The notes under the pieces are model-generated. The model had not been told where the DNA came from, ran no database searches, and saw nothing but the letters and a program-made list of their open reading frames with translations. DNA of 64,000 bases, taken from contig JAXHMG010000003.1 of the NCBI GenBank assembly GCA_034521595.1, positions 320,001 through 384,000 of the forward strand, read 5' to 3'. Position 1 is the stretch's first letter. Each line of letters opens with the position of its first letter. This DNA is from Gemmatimonadota bacterium (lineage in GTDB: Bacteria; Gemmatimonadota; Gemmatimonadetes; Longimicrobiales; Gaopeijiaceae). Positions 20,001-27,156 of this stretch are shown here, in pieces. The translations under genes and the position numbers were made by a program.

Positions 20001-20185
20001 ACGCGATCTACGGCGACGACGCGCGGGCGCCGGTCGAGTGGCACCTGAAGGAGCAGGTCCGGAAGGAGCTCCGCCAGGAGGTGCGCTACCGGGCCCACCA
20101 GGCCGGGTTCGAGAAGGTGCGGGAGGTCGCGGACCGCGTCGAGCAGTACGCGCTCCGTCACTACGTGAAGCTCCCCGCGGCCTGA
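17084..20185 (+). CDS. hsdR: Type I R-M restriction subunit R
   Basis: ADLVVHVNGIPLVVLEAK nuclease motif, HTQGSGKS, DEAHR, FTGTP, LLTGFDAP and QAIARTNR. Confidence 0.96.
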   Translation: MPGPEFSLVERPAIDFLTELGYTWLSKEKAELQRNGLNQVILRDHLVDAVQRLNDVDPDLAHRVYHELLAVSDNERWLEYLRGSYSRAAAGEATHRTIRLLDFEDPANNTFTVTNQFRVESQHPRVADLVVHVNGIPLVVLEAKKPGAGKLLSAYEQIRLYEQQIPRLFHANAFNIVTDRQTLRYGTTGADWAYWGHWRDPWPRAGDDFRSEMEQGLWALLEPSRLLDLVAHFIVFEREPETGRVVKKMGRYQQHRAVQRVYERAQDAERRRGLIWHTQGSGKSLTMVFSVLKLKLHRTDPSPLLPSPNILVITDRKDLDRQIAATFHACGLPNPKPMGSMDELRRTIHSGVSGLTVLSTIHKFEGSRTPVENSGDWIVFVDEAHRTQEQDLGAYLRATFPDAWLFGFTGTPVKKDDLDTFRNFSPEGEAYLDRYSIDDAVADGATVPIRYTSRKAEWHIDPAEIDILFDNWFADEPEDVVEALKERGVTIAELAKHPRRVELIAFDLWQHFKGHAMPDGYKAQIVAIDREAVILYKRALDRLIAKELVRDEGLDEAEALERAEAMSVPVYSSNQDDAKPSDDARVNELRADLRKYALDEDGEKQAIARFHKRWEPPHFLIVCNKLLTGFDAPHESVMYLDSPLRDHNLLQAIARTNRVADDKKRFGLIVDYIGITRKLDEALDAYREEDVEHAMRDLEVERDALRQAHRELFEMVGVSRRKGRESEEYEALIEQLGSEDVWYTFRRKADAFIRAYESLSPDPEVLDYQGDLKWVVNFLAVATPEFEKNPPPDLSGMSGKIRRLLEEHLEVTGLKTVVKLRHITDPEFWDDFAGDRPARELRQATIRKATELKRITYEKVQENPLRYETFSERVLEVIRRFEEGQLAAAEALEEFEGIAKDLVDEDNAHEASGLNPRAYGVLKILESLMDEEGAEGDDEDGPAPPEGGTAKEGQGGAGGSGPDRLARLAEEIDAIYGDDARAPVEWHLKEQVRKELRQEVRYRAHQAGFEKVREVADRVEQYALRHYVKLPAA

Positions 20186-20193
20186 GGCGTCCC

Positions 20194-20919
20194 GTGCCCA
20201 CCGTCACCGTCGGCCGCCGCGCCATCCCCTACGACGTGCGCACCAGCGCCCGGGCGAAGCGCAAGCGCATCGAGGTCACGCCCGGCCGGGTGGAGGTCAT
20301 CGTCCCCGAGGGCGAGAGCGACGAGGACGTGGCCCGGTTCGTGGCGTCCAAGCGGCGCTGGCTCCACGACAAGACCGAGGAGATCCGCGAGGCCGTGGAG
20401 CGCCTCCGGGCGGATACGCCGGAAGGCTATCACTCCGGCGCGAAGATCCTCTTTCGCGGGCGGTATCTGAAGCTGCGGGTGGAGGGCGCGGACGTCACCG
20501 AGCCGTCGCTGACGTACCGGACGGGGTTCCACGTGCGGGTGCCGGCGGGGATGGACGCCGGCGAGCGGGAGCGCGCGGCGCGGGCGCTCGTCGAGGCGTG
20601 GACCGAGGAGCGGCTGGTGGAGGACGCGTGGGCGGTGGTCCGGGCGCGCGGCCGGCCGCACGGGCTCGAGCCCGCCGGCGTCCGGATCCGCGACCAGAAG
20701 ACGCTCTGGGGGAGCTGCGGGAAGGACGGCGTCATCCGGCTCGACCGGAAGCTCGCCCGCGTGCCCCGGCCGGTGTTCGAGTACGTGGTGGTGCACGAGC
20801 TCTGCCACCTGCGGGTTCGGGATCACTCGCCGGCGTTCTGGGAGCTGGTCAGGCGGGTGATGCCGGACTACGAGGGGCGGAAGGCGTGGTTGGAGGGGCA
20901 CGAGGTGCGGGTGGGGTGA
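20194..20919 (+). CDS. YgjP/DUF45 (SprT-like/M48) zinc metallo-hydrolase, typical hsd partner
   Basis: WGSC and YVVVHELCHL...HSPAFW motifs, directly after hsdR. Confidence 0.9.
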   Translation: MPTVTVGRRAIPYDVRTSARAKRKRIEVTPGRVEVIVPEGESDEDVARFVASKRRWLHDKTEEIREAVERLRADTPEGYHSGAKILFRGRYLKLRVEGADVTEPSLTYRTGFHVRVPAGMDAGERERAARALVEAWTEERLVEDAWAVVRARGRPHGLEPAGVRIRDQKTLWGSCGKDGVIRLDRKLARVPRPVFEYVVVHELCHLRVRDHSPAFWELVRRVMPDYEGRKAWLEGHEVRVG

Positions 20920-21028
20920 CCCGGCGGAACACGAAGGGTTGAAAGGTCGGACCGCCGGTCCGGCTCCGCAGAATCCACGATCGTACTTGTCCGCGGTGAG
21001 GTCCGGAGCCGTTCAGTTGTGCGTTCAG

Positions 21029-22000
21029 CTAAAGATGATTCTTGAGCCAGTCCGACAAGATCGCGGTAGTCTCGGCCAGACAATGGACGATCTCCGGTCC
21101 CCGGAATCGGGTCGGATCGGGCACAGGTATCTCGTTGAAAGTGAAGGGCCGTCGAAACTGCTCCAGAATGTCCCGGGCTTTGGACGCGAGGACGCGAGGA
21201 CTGTTGGGCACCTGGGAGTCCTGGAGCCGCGACCACTCGGCGACGTGCGCGAGGTACGCATAGAGTTCAGCCCAGCAGCGCCAACGTGGGACCTCTGGGT
21301 CGGTGTCCGGGTCCTTGCCTGGCGAGTGCAGGCTGAGCGCCCTCGCCCAGTCCCTACTCGGGGTGAAATACTCCGCCGGTCTCCCTCGTGTCTCTCGCAC
21401 GAGTCCGGCGAGCGCCATTTCGCTGACGGCCTTCCGAATCGAGACATCGCTGTAACCGGTCGCGCTCGAGATCACTTTGACACTTGCCCGAGCTCCGCGC
21501 AGGCCCAGCAAGAAGGCAAACGCATCAGCCTTTGCGCCGACCCCGAATCCCGCGCGCAGGCGCAGCCAAAGTGTGCTCGGATGCACGAGCGCGAGCTCTC
21601 CCGGACCCTTTCCGCTGCGGGATACCCAGGAAACAGACGGTGTAGCGTGGCCTTCCCACCGTCGATCACCGGCGTCGAGAGCGAGGCGGGCGAACTGCTC
21701 GAAGGCGTCTGGCCCGGAGCCGGCTGGAAAGCGGCCGGAAAGAGTTCGAAGCCTGTGAACGCTGGTGAGGTTTGCGCCGGCGTGTGCCCACCAGGAAACA
21801 AGGTCTCCCAAGCGTCGCTCTTGCTCGCGGAAACAGAGGCTAGCCAGCACGAGAGCCTCGGGGTCGATCATCGACTCGGCAGATCGAGAGTCGGCAGGTG
21901 AGGCCATCGAGCCAAGTGCAACCCATTGGGTCCAGCTGGTCTCGACGGCTGCCCGGCTAGCGTGAGTCCCGATCTCCTCTAGCAATTGTGTCTCGTACAT
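21029..22000 (-). CDS. Winged-HTH-containing protein, possible antitoxin/regulator partner of a nucleotidyltransferase
   Basis: Intact 323-aa ORF with an HTH-like segment ARASVKVISSATGYSDVSIRKAVSEMALAGLV. Abuts an NTase fragment. Confidence 0.55.
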   Translation of the reverse strand: MYETQLLEEIGTHASRAAVETSWTQWVALGSMASPADSRSAESMIDPEALVLASLCFREQERRLGDLVSWWAHAGANLTSVHRLRTLSGRFPAGSGPDAFEQFARLALDAGDRRWEGHATPSVSWVSRSGKGPGELALVHPSTLWLRLRAGFGVGAKADAFAFLLGLRGARASVKVISSATGYSDVSIRKAVSEMALAGLVRETRGRPAEYFTPSRDWARALSLHSPGKDPDTDPEVPRWRCWAELYAYLAHVAEWSRLQDSQVPNSPRVLASKARDILEQFRRPFTFNEIPVPDPTRFRGPEIVHCLAETTAILSDWLKNHL

Positions 22001-22132
22001 ATTGGACGAACCGCTTCGAGCAGATATTCCGGAAGCGGCTGGGGAGAGATGAGGACCCGCTCGCCGTCTTGCTCAACCGCTCGCGCGATGACGTCAACAT
22101 CCTTCGTAACGCGATCCACCCAGCCTAGGATT
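21997..22132 (-). pseudogene. Nucleotidyltransferase (DUF6036/AbiEii-like) fragment
   Basis: Manual translation LGWVDRVTKDVDVIARAVEQDGERVLISPQPLPEYLLEAVR (R-x-T-x-D-x-D motif), with no start codon and no C-terminal half. Confidence 0.5.
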
Positions 22133-22480
22133 ATCTTATGTATAACACAACATTATCTTATCTTCGTGTTTGATTCGCCTCTTCACTACTCCGCCCGCAA
22201 GGCCACCTTCGGATTGACTCGTGAGCCGCTCCCTGCCGTTTCACGGAAACCATTTGCGTTGAGTGACCCCGGCGTCGCTGAAGTCGCGAGACTGGTGTAG
22301 TGCTGCTCTTCAGCCCCCACGGAGTCCGACCTGCTGGACCGGCAAGAACGGCGGCTCGGGCAGCCCATCAATGAGTTAGTGTGCGTCTGGCGGGAGTAGG
22401 CATGGTGGTGAGAGCGACCTCCATCTTAGGTTCGGGGGTATGAACGGACACTCGCCATTGCGCCGATCCACGGAGGCCTC

Positions 22481-22678
22481 GTGAAGACGAAGGAGACCGT
22501 GCGGGACCTGCTCGAAAGGCTTCCGGACGACTGCACACTCGAAGACGTGCTCTATCATCTCTACGTAATCCAGGCCGTTGAGCGTGGCCTCGAGGACGCA
22601 GAGGCTGGACGAACCGTGTCGCACGAGGAAGTTGCCGAGGAACTACGGCGGAAATGGGTCTTCGGCGCCGCCGGGTAG
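22481..22678 (+). CDS. Putative antitoxin (addiction-module type)
   Basis: KETVRDLLERLPDDCTLEDVLYHLYVIQAVERGLEDAEAGRTVSHEEV, upstream of and overlapping RelE/ParE. Confidence 0.8.
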   Translation: MKTKETVRDLLERLPDDCTLEDVLYHLYVIQAVERGLEDAEAGRTVSHEEVAEELRRKWVFGAAG

Positions 22679-22968
22679 TCTGGACACGAGGAGCGAGCCA
22701 GGAACTCGACGAGAGTATCGAGTTCATCGCAGAGGACTCCCGACAGGCCGCAATCGATGTGCTCGAGCGCATCCTCGAGGCTGCCGAGTCCTTGGCCGAC
22801 CTGCCTGATCGCGGACGCGTCGTCCCAGAGCGCGGAGACTCGGCGATCCAGGAACTCTTGATCGAGCCCTTCCGACTCCTGTACTCGGCCGCTGAGGAGG
22901 AAGTAACGATCCTGGGCTTACTCCATCAGCGGCGAGACTTCGCAGGCTGGGATCGATCGGATCGGTAA
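22654..22968 (+). CDS. RelE/ParE-family toxin (intact)
   Basis: VVWTRGASQELDESIEFIAEDS...GRVVPE...ELLIEPFRLLY...ILGLLHQRRD. Confidence 0.88.
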   Translation: MGLRRRRVVWTRGASQELDESIEFIAEDSRQAAIDVLERILEAAESLADLPDRGRVVPERGDSAIQELLIEPFRLLYSAAEEEVTILGLLHQRRDFAGWDRSDR

Positions 22969-23012
22969 GACGACCGGCCGCACACTAACATGCGCTTGGC
23001 GCTGACGCGCTC

Positions 23013-23029
23013 CGAGCCCGCCTGGCTCC
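23013..23029 (+). repeat. attR-like direct repeat of the tRNA-Ala 3' end
   Basis: CGAGCCCGCCTGGCTCC, identical to 4763-4779. Confidence 0.8.
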
Positions 23030-23072
23030 CCTCCGTCTACGGCATCCCACGGCTCGCCGAGCTCATGGGCCC

Positions 23073-23282
23073 TCAGGACCCGGCGGCCACATCGCCACTC
23101 CCCCGCCCGCCTTCCGGCGACTCGATCGCCTCGCGCGCCATCCGATTGGCGGCGATACAAAGGGCGCAGTGGCTGTCCCGTGTCATGCGCTCGATGGCCT
23201 GGAGGGTTTCGAAGTCCGACCGCCGGACCCGCTCGCTCGCTTCTCTGATCGCGCGTGCCTGCTCCTCCTCGATGTCGCTCAC
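23073..23282 (-). CDS. Small hypothetical protein with HCxxC
   Basis: GTG start after GGAGG: MSDIEEEQARAIREASERVRRSDFETLQAIERMTRDSHCALCIAANRMAREAIE... Confidence 0.4.
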   Translation of the reverse strand: MSDIEEEQARAIREASERVRRSDFETLQAIERMTRDSHCALCIAANRMAREAIESPEGGRGSGDVAAGS

Positions 23283-23357
23283 GCCTCCGCTCCCGGTCCT
23301 CTGGAGTCGCAACCCGTGAGCCGTGCGGCTCACGTCCTGCTCTAATCTCGAACGGGG

Positions 23358-25331
23358 GTGGGACATCACGGACGCTCGAGGACCCTGGGCGGTTTCCACG
23401 CACGGCCAGGACGTCGGCCGCGCGCGTGGCTCGGGGGATGGCTCCCGCCTCGGTTCCCCGTTCCTCCACCACGGCGTAGCTTCACGAGCAGCCACACGCC
23501 AACGAGGGAGAGGGGACCCATCCGCTTTCTGGATTTCCGGGGGATATTCGGCAACGTCAACACGCGGACGATCTACTTCTACTCCATCGTGATCGGCGTG
23601 CTGGGCGGGGCCGCTGCCGTCCTGTTCTACGAAGCGCTCCAGGCGGCCACGCATCTCACGATGGAGGTGCTGGCTCGCCATTCCGTGCCCGAGCCTCGCG
23701 GGGAAGCCGTCGGTAGCGACCTCGCTCCCGGCTCGACACGGCGCGGCGTGCTCGTGCTGCTTCCGGTGCTCGGCGGTCTCGTCTCGGGGGTGCTGGTGCG
23801 CAGGTTCGCCCCGGAAGCCGAGGGCACGGGCACGGACGGGTACATCGACGCCTTCCACAACAAGAGCGGTGTGATGCGCGGGCGCGTCCCGGTGATCAAA
23901 TCGCTCGCCACCATCGCGACGCTCTCGACCGGAGGAAGCGTCGGCAAAGAAGGACCGACCGCGCAGATCGGGGCCGGCATCGGAGCGGCATTCGGACGCG
24001 TGATCCGGATGGGGGCACGGGCACGCCGCACGCTGATGATCGCCGGAGCCGCCGCCGGGCTGGGTGCGATCTTCCGGGCCCCGCTCGGTGGAGCCCTCAC
24101 GGCGATCGAGGTCCTCTACAAGGAAGATCTGGAGACGGACGCGCTGACCCCGGCGGTCCTGGCTTCGGTGACGGCCTACACGGTCTTTTCGACGGTGAAC
24201 GGCTTCGAGCACGTGTTCGCGTTCGAGTCGGAAGGCTTCCACGCGCCCGCGCAACTGTTCGTCTACGCCCTGCTCGGACTCCTCTGTTCCGGGCTCGGTA
24301 TCGTCTACGTCAAGTTCCTCAGCGGATCGAAGGCTCACTTCTTCGACCGTCTGCCGATCAGCCGGTATCTCGTTCCGCCCCTCGGCGGCCTCCTGGTCGG
24401 CGCGACCGGCTACTTCTTTCCCCAGGTCATGGGCCACGGGCTCGGCTACGTCCAGCAGCTCGTGCTCGGGGAGCCGATGACCGGCATCGCGGCCACGACC
24501 GGCGTCCTGGCCGGGCTGGCGCTTCTCAAGATCTTCACCTCGTCGTGCACGCTCTCCTCCGGTGGATCCGGTGGCGCCTTCGCGCCCAGCCTGTTCATCG
24601 GTGCGATGCTGGGCGGGAGCTTGGGTCAGGCGGCGCAGGGATGGTTTCCCACGCTCGTGCCGGACATCGGGCCTTTCGTGGTCGTCGGCATGGGAGCGTT
24701 CTTCGCGGGCGTCGCCAACGCCCCGATCGCGTCCATCGTGATGGTCAGCGAGCTGACGGGAGCCTACGATCTGCTGCCGCCGCTCATGTTGGTGGCCACG
24801 ATCGCGCTGGTCACGACGCGGCGGTGGTCCATCTACTCCGGGCAGGTGGACAACCGGTTCTCCTCACCGGCCCACCTGTGGGAGATGAGCCCCGGAGCCC
24901 TGCGCCAGATGACCGTGCGCGAGTTGGCGGACGGCGCGTACGACGAGCGTGCGATCGTGCCCGCGGACGCCACGCTCCGGGACCTCGAGCGGCACTCGGC
25001 CGAAACCGGGGAGACCGACCTCGTGCTGCGCGACGCCACGGGGGCCTACGCCGGCCTCGTCTCGATGTCGGACCTGGCGGTGGTCGATGGCCTGGAGCAC
25101 CTGGACGGCCTCGTTCTGGCTCGGGACCTGGTGAACCATCGAGGCATGACGCTCACCCCCGAGGACGACCTGATCCGGGCGCTCGAGCTGTTCGCCGGCC
25201 GCGAGTTCGACAACATCCCCATCGTCGATGCGCGCGAGGGACGCGAGCGCCTGCTGGGGCACATCGCCTACGGGGACATCGTGGCGTTCTACAAGCGCGA
25301 GCATACACGCAGAGGCTCGGCCGCGGAATAG
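23358..25331 (+). CDS. ClC-family chloride channel / H+ antiporter with CBS domains (true start uncertain, likely ~23520-23590)
   Basis: EAEGTGTDG, GKEGPTAQIG, GGSGGAFAPSLFIG and IYSGQV motifs, C-terminal CBS pair. Confidence 0.92.
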   Translation: MGHHGRSRTLGGFHARPGRRPRAWLGGWLPPRFPVPPPRRSFTSSHTPTRERGPIRFLDFRGIFGNVNTRTIYFYSIVIGVLGGAAAVLFYEALQAATHLTMEVLARHSVPEPRGEAVGSDLAPGSTRRGVLVLLPVLGGLVSGVLVRRFAPEAEGTGTDGYIDAFHNKSGVMRGRVPVIKSLATIATLSTGGSVGKEGPTAQIGAGIGAAFGRVIRMGARARRTLMIAGAAAGLGAIFRAPLGGALTAIEVLYKEDLETDALTPAVLASVTAYTVFSTVNGFEHVFAFESEGFHAPAQLFVYALLGLLCSGLGIVYVKFLSGSKAHFFDRLPISRYLVPPLGGLLVGATGYFFPQVMGHGLGYVQQLVLGEPMTGIAATTGVLAGLALLKIFTSSCTLSSGGSGGAFAPSLFIGAMLGGSLGQAAQGWFPTLVPDIGPFVVVGMGAFFAGVANAPIASIVMVSELTGAYDLLPPLMLVATIALVTTRRWSIYSGQVDNRFSSPAHLWEMSPGALRQMTVRELADGAYDERAIVPADATLRDLERHSAETGETDLVLRDATGAYAGLVSMSDLAVVDGLEHLDGLVLARDLVNHRGMTLTPEDDLIRALELFAGREFDNIPIVDAREGRERLLGHIAYGDIVAFYKREHTRRGSAAE

Positions 25332-25360
25332 AGCCGCGCGGTCGGACCGGACGCGACGCC

Positions 25361-25828
25361 TCAACCGCGGGTCGAGAACCGCCCGACCACGGGGTTCACG
25401 AGCCGCTCGAAGTCCGTGTAGGGGAGCCGCATCAGCTCGGTGTGACTCCCGGCGTTGAAGGTGATGTGCTCGTCTTCCCGGAGCCGCTCGTCCACGAATA
25501 CGGTCAGATCCCACAGATTCCCGAACGGGGGCATCGCGCCGAGCTCACAGCTCGGAAAGAGGTCGGCGAACTCCTGCTCGGAGGCGATCTCGGCACGGTC
25601 GGTGCCGGCGGCCTCCTTCAGGTGTTCGATGCTGACCTGGTCCGGTGCCGGCAACACGACCATGGCCGTGTCGCCGTTCAGCTTGACCATGACGGTCTTC
25701 GCCATCTCCTTGCCCGGCACGTGCGCGGCCGCGGCGACCTCCTGAGCCGTGAACGCCTGCGAATGCGAGATCGTGACGAACTTCACGTCGTGCTCGTCGA
25801 GGAATTCCTTCAAGCGCTCCACAGGCAT
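25361..25828 (-). CDS. YbaK/EbsC/ProX aminoacyl-tRNA deacylase
   Basis: HSQAFTAQEVA...MAKTVMVK...CELGAMPPFG...FNAGSHTE. Confidence 0.92.
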   Translation of the reverse strand: MPVERLKEFLDEHDVKFVTISHSQAFTAQEVAAAAHVPGKEMAKTVMVKLNGDTAMVVLPAPDQVSIEHLKEAAGTDRAEIASEQEFADLFPSCELGAMPPFGNLWDLTVFVDERLREDEHITFNAGSHTELMRLPYTDFERLVNPVVGRFSTRG

Positions 25829-26085
25829 CTGTAACCTCCCGACATGTGACGGTGCGGCACGGGGTCTTGCTGTCGGCCCTGCCGGACTCGACCGGCGGAG
25901 GCACGACCATCGGACACGGACCGTCAGGATGGTGGGGCGAGGAACGAGAAAGCAAGGGGCTTCCCCCGGCCGTCCCGACGGACGTGGCGCAGGGCCGCCG
26001 CTCCTTGTGGGGCCGTGGCGAACCCACAAGATTGCGCCTTCGGGTGCCATGGCATCGAACCTGGAAACGCAGATGGAGTGACGAG

Positions 26086-27114
26086 ATGGATCTGTCCCGC
26101 CGCGATTTCGCTTCCATCGTCGCCGGCGCCGTCGCCGGCCTCGCCCTTCCCGGATCGGCCCGAGGGCTGGACGACCTCGGAGTCCGGATGCTCGGCGGCC
26201 GGGCACGGGGGCGTCATCAGGTCCGCTACTTCCAGTGGCACGCGATCGGCGAGAGGGTCCGGGTGGCCATGGGTGGTGGTGGAAACACGTTGCTCTACGT
26301 GGGCTCGAACGGTGCGCTCCAGAGCGACGGCAAGAACTTCGGCCTGGGCCGGATCCTGCGGCGCGAGGCGGAGGCCGAGGGGCGTCCGGTCACGCGGTTC
26401 GTGAACACCCATCACCACGGAGACCACTCCGGCGGGAACGACGGCTTCAGCGACCTGGTCCGCCTGGCCCACGGCAACGCCGAGCCCCGGATCGTCGCGA
26501 CCGCGGAATCCAACCTCGACCGTGCCCGCGAGGCGCTTCCGCGCACGCTCGCTCAGCTCCGTGAGCAGGACGCCCCGTCCGCCGCCGTCGCGGACGTGGA
26601 GGCCATGCTCGCCGCCCTCGACGACCTGACGCCGGGAGCGTTCGCGCCCACGGAGACCTTCGAGTCCGAGCGGGAGCTCGCCCTCGAGGGCCGTCCGGTG
26701 GAGGTGCGCTGGGCGAGCCGGGGTCACACGGACGGCGATGCCTTCCTGTACCTGCCGGAGGAAAACGTGCTACACTGCGGCGACCTTCTCTTCCACGGCC
26801 GGCACCCGTACGTCGACGTGTCCGCGGACGCGACCCCGGCCGGGTGGATCCGCTGCGTGGACACGATGCTCACGCTGTGCGACGGCGATACGGTGGTCAT
26901 CCCGGGCCACGGCAACCTCACCGACCGAGGTGGGCTGGCGGCCCAGAAGACCTACTTCGAGCGACTCCAGGACATCGTGGCCGAAGCGATCGAGGAGGGG
27001 CGCTCCAGAGACGAGGTCACGGCCCTCGCGCCGGCGGATCTCGCCGCCCTCCCGGCGGCCGAGCGGATGCTCCCGCAGAACCTGGGGATCGTCTACGACG
27101 AGATGGTGGGCTGA
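26086..27114 (+). CDS. Tat-exported MBL-fold metallo-hydrolase
   Basis: SRRDF Tat motif, THHHGDHSGGN, GHTDGD, GDL and PGHG. Confidence 0.9.
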   Translation: MDLSRRDFASIVAGAVAGLALPGSARGLDDLGVRMLGGRARGRHQVRYFQWHAIGERVRVAMGGGGNTLLYVGSNGALQSDGKNFGLGRILRREAEAEGRPVTRFVNTHHHGDHSGGNDGFSDLVRLAHGNAEPRIVATAESNLDRAREALPRTLAQLREQDAPSAAVADVEAMLAALDDLTPGAFAPTETFESERELALEGRPVEVRWASRGHTDGDAFLYLPEENVLHCGDLLFHGRHPYVDVSADATPAGWIRCVDTMLTLCDGDTVVIPGHGNLTDRGGLAAQKTYFERLQDIVAEAIEEGRSRDEVTALAPADLAALPAAERMLPQNLGIVYDEMVG

Positions 27115-27156
27115 GCCGCGGCCGGCGCCCGCTGCCGACCGCGGCTGCCTCCCGAC

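Larger units (their letters stand above)
22375..23010 (+). mobile_element. Integron-type gene cassette relic carrying a TA pair
   Basis: GTTAGTGTGCG at 22375-22385 is the exact reverse complement of CGCACACTAAC at 22979-22989. The latter continues CTAACATGCGCTTGGCGCTGAC like an attC left arm, which is cut off at attR. Confidence 0.6.
4763..23029. mobile_element. tRNA-Ala-integrated genomic (defence) island, no integrase visible
   Basis: 17-bp CGAGCCCGCCTGGCTCC at the tRNA 3' end (4763-4779) is repeated at 23013-23029. Cargo is R-M, TA modules and hypotheticals with visibly lower GC in parts. Confidence 0.75.

Noticed and set aside
23430-23500. Fluoride riboswitch upstream of the ClC gene
   Set aside because: Only a GGGGATGG resemblance. 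No downstream consensus, and the protein has GKEGP rather than the fluoride-type GREGT motif.
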